A model generated the notes under the pieces. It did not search any database. It was not told where the DNA came from and worked only from the letters and a program-made list of their open reading frames with translations. A stretch of DNA of 41,600 nt from a virus. Taxonomy: Duplodnaviria; Caudoviricetes. The stretch spans positions 1 to 41,600 of IMG/VR virus record IMGVR_UViG_3300037483_000165; one strand, given 5' to 3'. The position numbers and the translations under genes were made by a program. Each line of letters begins with the position of its first letter. Position 1 is the stretch's first letter. Positions 16,486 through 24,326 of the stretch are shown here, piece by piece.

Positions 16486-16818
16486 ATGGTATGGAAAGCA
16501 GGTGAGTCAGGTAATCCAGAGGGTGCGAGAAAGCATCGCATGTGGCTTGCAACTCTGGAACGTGCAATCAAGGCTGATGATTCAAAGAGATTAAGGGCGG
16601 CGGCTGAAAAGTTACTTGATCTTGCTGCTGTCGGTGAATCATGGGCGGTCAAGGAATTGGGTGACAGGTTGGACGGAAAGGCAAGGCAGCAAATTGAAGC
16701 CGTTGATGAAGATGGAAGGCCGTTAGCCATTGGACTCGTTGCCTACGCAATATCAAATCCTAATACCCCATCGGTATCAGCCGAGGCCGTATCAGCTACC
16801 GGCCCTGCAAGCGATTGA
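16486..16818 (+). CDS. terS: probable terminase small subunit (DUF5681-like)
   Basis: WKAGESGNPEG..DRLDGK motif; immediately before terL. Confidence 0.7.
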   Translation: MVWKAGESGNPEGARKHRMWLATLERAIKADDSKRLRAAAEKLLDLAAVGESWAVKELGDRLDGKARQQIEAVDEDGRPLAIGLVAYAISNPNTPSVSAEAVSATGPASD

Positions 16819-18064
16819 CAGGGGCATCAAGCGTGTAGTGGCGGTTTGGCATCGAAGATCGGGCAAGGAAAAGACGTTTATCAACGTCTGCGCCAAGAAG
16901 ATGTTTGAGCGCAAAGGGACTTACTACTACATCTTCCCCACATACACGCAGGCCAAGAAAGTTTTATGGGACGGGCTGGACCGTGATGGCTTTCCGTTTA
17001 TGGGCCATTTCCCGAAAGAGGTTGTCAAGAAAAAGAACGAGTCCGAGCTACGCATCGAAGTCGTTAACGGCTCTGCGATTCAGCTAATCGGCTCGGACAA
17101 TATTGATTCCGTAGTCGGCACTAACCCGGTCGGGTGTGTGTTTTCAGAGTTTGCCCTGCAAGACCCTAAAGCCTGGGATTACATGCGTCCGATCTTGAGA
17201 GAGAACGGCGGATGGGCGGTATTCGATTACACACCACGCGGTAAGAATCATGGCTATGCCTTGTATCAGATGGCGAAGTCCAATCCGGATTGGTTTGCGC
17301 AAATCCTGACGATAGACGATACCCAGGCCCTGTCTCAGCGGGACATAGACGCGGAACGTCGGGAGGGGATGAGCGAGGAGCTGATACAGCAGGAATTCTA
17401 TTGCTCATTTGAAGGCGTTGCGTTCGGTGCCTATTTCGGCAAGCAGATGCAGCAAGCCGAGAAAGACGGGCGCATTGGCAAAGTTCCGTTTGAAACGGGC
17501 GTCGGCGTGGAAACGTGGTGGGATTTGGGTATCGGAGATTCAACGGCGATCTGGTTCACGCAATCGGTGGGCCGTGAGATTAGGGTGATTGATTATTATG
17601 AAGCTTCAGGCGAAGGATTCCCGCACTATGCGAAAAAGCTCCAGGAAAAGCCCTATGTCTATTCAGTTCACCACGCCCCGCACGATATTGAAGTTAGAGA
17701 ATTGGGAAATGGAAGATCAAGGAAGGAAACTGCGGCAAGCCTGGGGATTGCGTTCCAAGTGGTTCCCAATCTACCGATTGACGACGGAATCGAGGCTGCT
17801 AGAACGCTGTTGGGTCGGTGTTGGTTTGACCGGGAGAAATGCGAGAGGGGGCTAAATGCCCTGGCCTCTTATCACAAAGCCTATGACGACAAGCTGAAGG
17901 ATTGGAAGTCCTATCCACAGCATGATTGGTCTAGCCATGCGGCGGATGCGTTCCGTTATTTGTCGGTAGGACACAAGACCGCGCCGATGATTAAGGAGCG
18001 TCCCGTCATTGAGATTTATAACTATGACTCTGAGGGAGCAAATCAAGCATGGCTGGCCGCATAG
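16730..18064 (+). CDS. terL: terminase large subunit (start uncertain)
   Basis: PRPYQ, WHRRSGKE Walker A, VFSE, TPRGKN, QEFYCSF, WDLG, HDWSSHAADAFRY. Confidence 0.95.
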   Translation: MDSLPTQYQILIPHRYQPRPYQLPALQAIDRGIKRVVAVWHRRSGKEKTFINVCAKKMFERKGTYYYIFPTYTQAKKVLWDGLDRDGFPFMGHFPKEVVKKKNESELRIEVVNGSAIQLIGSDNIDSVVGTNPVGCVFSEFALQDPKAWDYMRPILRENGGWAVFDYTPRGKNHGYALYQMAKSNPDWFAQILTIDDTQALSQRDIDAERREGMSEELIQQEFYCSFEGVAFGAYFGKQMQQAEKDGRIGKVPFETGVGVETWWDLGIGDSTAIWFTQSVGREIRVIDYYEASGEGFPHYAKKLQEKPYVYSVHHAPHDIEVRELGNGRSRKETAASLGIAFQVVPNLPIDDGIEAARTLLGRCWFDREKCERGLNALASYHKAYDDKLKDWKSYPQHDWSSHAADAFRYLSVGHKTAPMIKERPVIEIYNYDSEGANQAWLAA

Positions 18065-18249
18065 ATTGTGATGCGTGTTGGAATAAAGAACATTTCGACA
18101 AAGCGCCGATAACAGATGATGCTTGTTATTGCGTTGTATGTGATGGGGGCCCATACAGCGGCAGTTATATGCACACGTGTCGCGGACGCTTTGAGTGTGA
18201 GCGATGTTTTGTTAAACCGATAGAGGAGCCGCATTGTCAGGCCGCATAG
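18049..18249 (+). CDS. small Cys-rich protein
   Basis: Three CxxC pairs; GAGGGAG RBS. Confidence 0.5.
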   Translation: MAGRIDCDACWNKEHFDKAPITDDACYCVVCDGGPYSGSYMHTCRGRFECERCFVKPIEEPHCQAA

Positions 18250-19046
18250 TTTTGGGTGGTGGATTTGTCGGTCAAGCTTTCGGGCATTACCTGACCCGTT
18301 CAGTGCTTGACTATACCGACCCGTTCAAATTCGAGCGTTTGCTGATCGAGCGCAAGCCCACAGTCGTTATTAACTGCGCTGGCATGACGGGCAGGCCGAA
18401 TATAGACGAATGCGAGTCAAGGCGCGCAGAGACCTTGCAAGCCAATCTAGTCTTACCCGCGAACCTGTCTAGCATTTGCGAGGATCATGGCGTCACATTC
18501 GTTCACATGAGTTCAGGGTGTATTTACTCAGGGGACAAAGATGGCAATGGATGGCTGGAGTCGGATAAGCCCGATCCGTTGAGTTTCTATTCAGAGACCA
18601 AAGCTTTAGCCGAGGAATTGGTGAAGGGTTACATCATCAGACTAAGGATGCCATTTAGTCTATCTCCGAGTTCCAGGGACTTTATCAACAAGCTCATGCG
18701 CTATCCCAAGCTGATTAGCCATGACAACAGCCTGACGTATTTACTGGACCTTGTTAATGCCACGGATGCGTTGCTGGAGCAAAAAGCGCCGTTGGGAATT
18801 TACAACGTAGTCAATACCGGCTCAGTGACTCATGCCGAGATAGTTAACGTGTTCAGGGAGGAGGGGGTCAAGTGGGCGCCTGAGTTCATCGGGGATCAGG
18901 AATTTACGGGGATGGTCAAGGCTACCCGTTCAAACTGTGTGCTGAACAACAAGAAGATCAGGCGGTTTTATGCCATGCCTGATGTGGTAGGACGCTTGAG
19001 GATGGCTGCTCAGTATCACAAGCTAATCAATCGGAGGGTAGCGTGA
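18234..19046 (+). CDS. NDP-4-keto-6-deoxyhexose (3,5-epimerase/)4-reductase, RmlD / NRS-ER-like
   Basis: LGGGFVG, INCAGMTGRPNIDECE, SSGCIY, FYSETK (YxxxK), RLRMP, RSNCVL. Confidence 0.85.
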   Translation: MSGRIVLGGGFVGQAFGHYLTRSVLDYTDPFKFERLLIERKPTVVINCAGMTGRPNIDECESRRAETLQANLVLPANLSSICEDHGVTFVHMSSGCIYSGDKDGNGWLESDKPDPLSFYSETKALAEELVKGYIIRLRMPFSLSPSSRDFINKLMRYPKLISHDNSLTYLLDLVNATDALLEQKAPLGIYNVVNTGSVTHAEIVNVFREEGVKWAPEFIGDQEFTGMVKATRSNCVLNNKKIRRFYAMPDVVGRLRMAAQYHKLINRRVA

Positions 19047-19258
19047 TACCTGTTCGTTTCAACGAATTCGAGCGATATGACATTACCCAGGATGCCGAAG
19101 TGTTGTTATTGACCGCGACGACGCCTAAAGGCTGTTATCACGCAGAGATTGTAAAGGATGGGTTTATCAAGATCAGGGAGAACAAGGCTAAATTCAGGAA
19201 GCGGGCGATAGACGCGATTACATCGGGCAGGATGCCGGGGAAGGTTGAGCTTGGCTGA
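19043..19258 (+). CDS. hypothetical protein
   Basis: GGAGG RBS; GTGA coupling. Confidence 0.6.
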   Translation: MIPVRFNEFERYDITQDAEVLLLTATTPKGCYHAEIVKDGFIKIRENKAKFRKRAIDAITSGRMPGKVELG

Positions 19259-21428
19259 ACCGGACCAAAAGCTAACGGCCTATACCGGGCCCAGTGCTCC
19301 TGACGACAAGATGCCGAAGGAGCGGGATGATTCGGACTTTCTCGTTACCGCGAGGAAGCGGTTTGACCGTGCGCTGGTTTCTGAGTCCGAAAACCGCAAG
19401 TCTGCCATAGACGATCTCAAGTTCAAGAATGGAGAGCAATGGCCGCAGGATATCCGTGCGGAAAGGACTTTGCAGAAACGGCCGTGCCTGACGATTAACA
19501 AGATGAAAACGTTTGTCCACCAGGTGACGAACAACATGCGGCAGAACAGGCCGAGCATCAATATCTCTCCGGTCGGGGATGGTGCGGACAAGAACACGGC
19601 GATGATGTTGAAGGGGCTTATCCGGCAGATTGAAAGACAGTCCTCTGCTGAAATAGCCTATGACACGGGTTTTGATTCGGCGGTATCTAACGGCTGGGGA
19701 TACTGGAGGTTGTTGACCGAATACGAGGATGACAAGTCGTTTAACCAGGTTATCAAGGTCATTCCCATACGAAATCCGTTCAGGGTTTATCTGGACCCCG
19801 ACCATCAAATGCCGGACGGGTCGGATGCCAAGTGGGGGTTTATCTCCGACTTGTTGCCGAGGGAGGAGTTTGAGGCTCTCTATCCCGATGCGGACCCGGT
19901 GCCGTGGGATCAGGGTGGGATGGGGGATGACTCTTTTAAAGACTGGTCAACACAGACTCACGTAAGGATAGCTGAATATTTCTGCTATGAGACGGAAAAG
20001 AAAACGTTAGTCGCTTTGAATTCCGGAGAGTCGCTTTTCCTTGAGGACTTGCCGGAGGAGGCGAGGAAACTGATTGAGGTATCGGAGGAGCTGGTCCAGA
20101 ACAGGAGAGATGTTGAGATAAACAAAGTCATGTGGTCCAAGATCACGGCTCATCAGGTATTGGAGGAAAACGAGTGGCTGGGTAAGTGGATACCGATTAT
20201 CAAAGTCTCCGGGGATGTGATTGATATCGAGGGCAAGATCTATTACGGGGGGCTCATTCGGGATGCGAAAGACCCACAGAGGCAGAAAAACTATTGGGCA
20301 ACGGCTAAGACGGAGTTAATCGCTCTTGCTCCGAAGGCGCCTTACATTCTTGAGGAGGGACAGGTTGAGGGACATGAGCAACGCTGGCAACAGGCTAATC
20401 TCAAGTCTTATCCCTATCTGCTTTACAAGGGCACGAGTATTGCCGGGAAACAAAGTCCCGCACCACGTAGAGAGCCTTTCGCTGGTCCTCCGGCTGGGGT
20501 CATAGAAGCCGAGCAGTCCTCGGAGCAGGACATGATGGGAACCACGGGCGTCAGGTTTGACGCTACCAAGTCCGAGCGTATTCCGGATGAGTCGGGTAGG
20601 GCGTTGCATCAGCTTAAATTGTTGGGTGAATTAGGGTCTTTCCATTACACGGTGAATCTGGTTCATGCCCTTAAATATACGGCGATGCAGTTTATTGATC
20701 TGATTCCGAAGATTTACGATGCCCGTAGAGTCGTGACGATTTTAAGAGATGATGATACCGAAGATAGGGCTGTGATCGATCCTAATCTACAAGTGCCTTT
20801 CCAGACCAAGCACAGCGGTATGGGAAAGGTGGAAAAGCTTTATAACCCCGGACTGGGCAAGTATGACGTTGCTATAACGACCGGGCCTAATTTCATGACC
20901 AAGCGGATGGAATCGGCTGAGTCCATGCTTGGGTTTATGAAAGCCGTTCCTAACGCTGCTCAGATCATCGGTGGGCCGATAGCGAGGAACATGGACTGGC
21001 CGGGGGCGGATGAGATTGCCGACCGGATGGACGCGATGTTACCCCCTCAAGTGCTTCAAAAGAATCTGGAGAACATGGGCGAGATTCCGCCGCAGGCTAA
21101 AGCGGTAATTGGTTCACTCTCTACTCAGCTTCAGCAAGCCCAACAGCAGATGCAGATGATGGGCAAGGAACTGGAGGATACCCGTGCTGAAAGGGCTTTG
21201 GAGAACAAGAAGATTGATAAGGATTTTGAAGCCAAGCTATTGAAGATCGGCGCGGATATTCAAATGCAGGTTGAGAAAAAGCTTGCCGAGGAATTGCGTA
21301 TCAGAGACGAGCGGGCTGATAGAGGCTTTGACGCGGCCCGCGAAGATCATCATCGGATGCAAGACCGGGACATGCAACATGAACAAATGAACATGATGCA
21401 ACGCGAACCCGCCGCTAGCGGGGCTTAA
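19245..21428 (+). CDS. portal protein, P22 gp1-like
   Basis: F..GEQWP..RPCLTINK, G.GYWR, KDPQRQKNY, ESGRA, GKYDV; long helical C-terminal barrel. Confidence 0.92.
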   Translation: MSLAEPDQKLTAYTGPSAPDDKMPKERDDSDFLVTARKRFDRALVSESENRKSAIDDLKFKNGEQWPQDIRAERTLQKRPCLTINKMKTFVHQVTNNMRQNRPSINISPVGDGADKNTAMMLKGLIRQIERQSSAEIAYDTGFDSAVSNGWGYWRLLTEYEDDKSFNQVIKVIPIRNPFRVYLDPDHQMPDGSDAKWGFISDLLPREEFEALYPDADPVPWDQGGMGDDSFKDWSTQTHVRIAEYFCYETEKKTLVALNSGESLFLEDLPEEARKLIEVSEELVQNRRDVEINKVMWSKITAHQVLEENEWLGKWIPIIKVSGDVIDIEGKIYYGGLIRDAKDPQRQKNYWATAKTELIALAPKAPYILEEGQVEGHEQRWQQANLKSYPYLLYKGTSIAGKQSPAPRREPFAGPPAGVIEAEQSSEQDMMGTTGVRFDATKSERIPDESGRALHQLKLLGELGSFHYTVNLVHALKYTAMQFIDLIPKIYDARRVVTILRDDDTEDRAVIDPNLQVPFQTKHSGMGKVEKLYNPGLGKYDVAITTGPNFMTKRMESAESMLGFMKAVPNAAQIIGGPIARNMDWPGADEIADRMDAMLPPQVLQKNLENMGEIPPQAKAVIGSLSTQLQQAQQQMQMMGKELEDTRAERALENKKIDKDFEAKLLKIGADIQMQVEKKLAEELRIRDERADRGFDAAREDHHRMQDRDMQHEQMNMMQREPAASGA

Positions 21429-21443
21429 ATTCATGGAGACCCC

Positions 21444-22385
21444 ATGCCTGATGTAATCGTAGATAAGCCGGTAACGCTGGATTTGCTGGAGCAAAAGAAG
21501 CCCGCCTTACACGCGACTTCCGATGCTCCGGTGATCGAGACGAAGCCGGATGTAGAGGTAAAGAAAGCCGCGCCCGTTGAGGGCAAGAAAGAGGATGTGA
21601 CGGCGACTCCTGAAACGGAGAGTGCTTCCGCAGACGTTGAGGCCAGAAAACCGGCTAAAGGCGTTCAAAAACGACTGGACGAATTGACGCGCAACTGGAG
21701 AGAGGAGCAACGCGGAAGGCAGAAGTCAGAGGAATTGCTTGCCAAGGCGTTAACGCTGCTGGAGAAAGGCCCTGCAAAGGCCGAGCCTAGCGGCGATGAC
21801 CCTGAGCCGGAGGAGCCGGATGTTTCCAAATACACCGATCAAGCCCAATACAACACGGACTATCGGACGTATTTAAGGAATGTCGCTCGCTGGGAAGGCA
21901 GGCAGGAGTTCAAAAGCTTGCAGAAACGCGATACCGAGGAACGGCAAAAGAGGACACGCGAGGAACAAGGATTAAAGCTGGCAGAGTCTTACCAGACTCA
22001 CGTATCCAAGGCGAGGTCTAAATATCCCGACTACGATGATGTGGTGGGGAATGATGCTTTGCCGATTAGCCGACCGATGGCCGACGCGATCATGGAAGCC
22101 GGAGAACAAGGCCCCGAATTGGCGTATCACTTGGGGCAGAATCCGGATGAAGCTTTACGTATCTCTCAACTCTCACCACGCGCTCAATTCCTGGAGCTGG
22201 GGCGACTCGCGGCGAAGCTTTCACAGGCGCCAGCGACAACCCCGGTATCAAAAGCGTCTCCCCCAATCAAGCCTTTGTCTACGGGTGTCACGGCTTCTAG
22301 AAGCTCCGAGGAGGAGTCTATGGAAGCGTATGCCGCCAAGCGGATGAAGCAACTCCAAGAGGAAAGGAGACCTGGGAGGCGTTAA
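21444..22385 (+). CDS. scaffolding protein
   Basis: Between portal and coat; GVQKRLDELT, KYPDYDDV, GPELAYHLGQNP, PPIKP. Confidence 0.8.
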   Translation: MPDVIVDKPVTLDLLEQKKPALHATSDAPVIETKPDVEVKKAAPVEGKKEDVTATPETESASADVEARKPAKGVQKRLDELTRNWREEQRGRQKSEELLAKALTLLEKGPAKAEPSGDDPEPEEPDVSKYTDQAQYNTDYRTYLRNVARWEGRQEFKSLQKRDTEERQKRTREEQGLKLAESYQTHVSKARSKYPDYDDVVGNDALPISRPMADAIMEAGEQGPELAYHLGQNPDEALRISQLSPRAQFLELGRLAAKLSQAPATTPVSKASPPIKPLSTGVTASRSSEEESMEAYAAKRMKQLQEERRPGRR

Positions 22386-22400
22386 CCCACAGGAGAAACA

Positions 22401-23606
22401 ATGTCTAGTGAAGTATTACTAACTCCAACGATCATAACCAAGGAAAGTTTGGTTATCCTGGAGAACAACCTTGTCGCGGCTTCGAGGGTCAATCGAAAGT
22501 TTGAGAACCAATTCGTAAAGATTGGCAATTCTCTGACGATTCGTAAGCCTAACCGCTTCACGGTGACTTCAGGCGCGGGTCTTGTAATCCAGGACATCGC
22601 GGAGCCGTCGGTCTCAGTAACCGTAGATACGCAGAATCAGGTTGCTTTTCAGTTTACCAGCTCCGACCTCACCCTTACGGTGGAGGAATTCTCCGAGCGG
22701 TATCTTAAGCCTGCAATGGCGTCTATGGCGAACCAGATCGACTACAACGTGCTGCAGAACTACACCGGGGTAAATAACTTCGTCGGAACCAACAACGTCA
22801 ACCCAAGCACTTTTGCGTTGAGCGTGCAACTGGTTGGGCGTCGGATGGACGAGGAAGCTTCCCCGCAGGATAACCGCTGTCTGGTGATGAATCCCAATGC
22901 CTATTGGGGATTGGCGAACGGCCTTACCGGTTCTTTTGTCATGCCGACTGCAAAGGAAGCATTGGTAAAGGGTTATCTCGCAACCATTGGCAATTACGAG
23001 ATGTATATGGACCAGAATACGCCGAGCATGACAACCGGCATTCATACGTCCACTACTGCTCTGGTGTCGGCCAATGGTCAAACGGGTTCTAACATCTCAA
23101 CGATTGGCTGGGATGTTTCGGACACGTTTACCGTGGGTGAAGTTATTACCTTTGGCGGTGTTGAAGCCGTCAATCCGCAGACGAAGATAGCGACTGGAGT
23201 TCTCAAGAACTTTGTCATTACCGCTTCGACTGCGGCGTCCGCAACCTCTACCGCAACGCTCTCGATCTCTCCCGCGATTGTGACTTCTGGTCCCTACCAG
23301 AACGTCAACACGGGTCCGGTCTCGACGGCTGCGGGAGCGGTGCTGTTCCTGACGGGAACAGGAACGGCGGCTTCAACCTATCCGCAAAACATCGCGTTTT
23401 GCCGGGATGCTTTCGGGTTGATTACCGTGCCTCTGGAAATCCCGCAGGGTGTTGATTTTTCCGCAAGGGAAACCTACAGGCAGATCAGTATGCGCGTCAT
23501 CAGGGCGTACGACGTGAATAACGACGTGTTCCCGACTCGGATTGACGTTCTTTCCGGTGATACCACGTATTACCAGGAACTCGCCTGCCGTCTGGGAGGT
23601 GCATAA
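22401..23606 (+). CDS. major capsid protein, P22 gp5-like
   Basis: LLTPTIITKESL..LENNL, KIGNSLTIRKP, F.SSDLTL, YMDQN, RIDVL.G. Confidence 0.92.
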   Translation: MSSEVLLTPTIITKESLVILENNLVAASRVNRKFENQFVKIGNSLTIRKPNRFTVTSGAGLVIQDIAEPSVSVTVDTQNQVAFQFTSSDLTLTVEEFSERYLKPAMASMANQIDYNVLQNYTGVNNFVGTNNVNPSTFALSVQLVGRRMDEEASPQDNRCLVMNPNAYWGLANGLTGSFVMPTAKEALVKGYLATIGNYEMYMDQNTPSMTTGIHTSTTALVSANGQTGSNISTIGWDVSDTFTVGEVITFGGVEAVNPQTKIATGVLKNFVITASTAASATSTATLSISPAIVTSGPYQNVNTGPVSTAAGAVLFLTGTGTAASTYPQNIAFCRDAFGLITVPLEIPQGVDFSARETYRQISMRVIRAYDVNNDVFPTRIDVLSGDTTYYQELACRLGGA

Positions 23607-23938
23607 TGGCTACAACCTCTGCTGCTGTAAGACAGCTATCTGATTACAACTCGCAAGGGACCGTTCTGGGTCGCAGTGCTACGGACCTGATTGGTTTCTA
23701 CGGGGCGACTCCGGTAGCTCGCAATACAACCTCGTCCGGCGTTATGGTAACGACCATTGGCGCTGCGATTCCGACTAACACGGCTTCTGCGGGTGGGTTT
23801 GGCGCTTCAACTGCGGCCATTATGACCTCGACGTTTGCCCAAGTGGCAGCGTTGCAGGTGGATATGGCCGAAGCTCAAAGGCTGTTGAACAACATCCGCA
23901 CGACGCTGGTTGACGCAGGGTTGCTTGATGGTAGTTAA
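23606..23938 (+). CDS. virion protein (decoration-like), Thr/Ser/Ala-rich
   Basis: TAATG coupling to coat; LG.SATDLIGFYGATPV..LV.AGL pattern. Confidence 0.6.
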   Translation: MATTSAAVRQLSDYNSQGTVLGRSATDLIGFYGATPVARNTTSSGVMVTTIGAAIPTNTASAGGFGASTAAIMTSTFAQVAALQVDMAEAQRLLNNIRTTLVDAGLLDGS

Positions 23939-24326
23939 TCCATTAAGCGACGTGGTAATCATCCGCCGTCAGGAACAAAACACCGTTTCTGATGGCGGTA
24001 TTTACCTTGTGGATTCTCCCGACTTCAGGGAGGACATAGGGACCGTGGTTTACGTAGGTCTTGGCAAGGTCCACAAGTGCAAGAAGTGTGCAGGAACTAA
24101 CCGTATTCCCATGCAGGTTAAGGTGGGAGATAGGGTTATTTTCTCGACAAATGGTCACCAGATAACCAAAGTTAATGGTGATGAGTTGGTAGTTACAAAA
24201 CAGGATTCCATCATCGCCGTGATTGAGGATGAGGAAAAGGTTTCATCCGCTCGCGGCCTTCAGCAGGTTCAGGAGTTTGCGATTGTTGGGGAAAACTTCC
24301 CGAAAGGACAAAATGCCTCGCGTTAG
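23928..24326 (+). CDS. groES: co-chaperonin GroES homologue
   Basis: PLSDVVII, GGIYL, GTVVYVGLG, VKVGDRVIF, DSIIAVIE. Confidence 0.88.
   Translation: MVVNPLSDVVIIRRQEQNTVSDGGIYLVDSPDFREDIGTVVYVGLGKVHKCKKCAGTNRIPMQVKVGDRVIFSTNGHQITKVNGDELVVTKQDSIIAVIEDEEKVSSARGLQQVQEFAIVGENFPKGQNASR

Noticed and set aside
19272-23092. Long antisense and alternate-frame ORFs within portal, scaffold and coat (e.g. 19272-19808, 22614-23081)
   Set aside because: Shadow ORFs of strongly conserved genes, with no RBS or motifs
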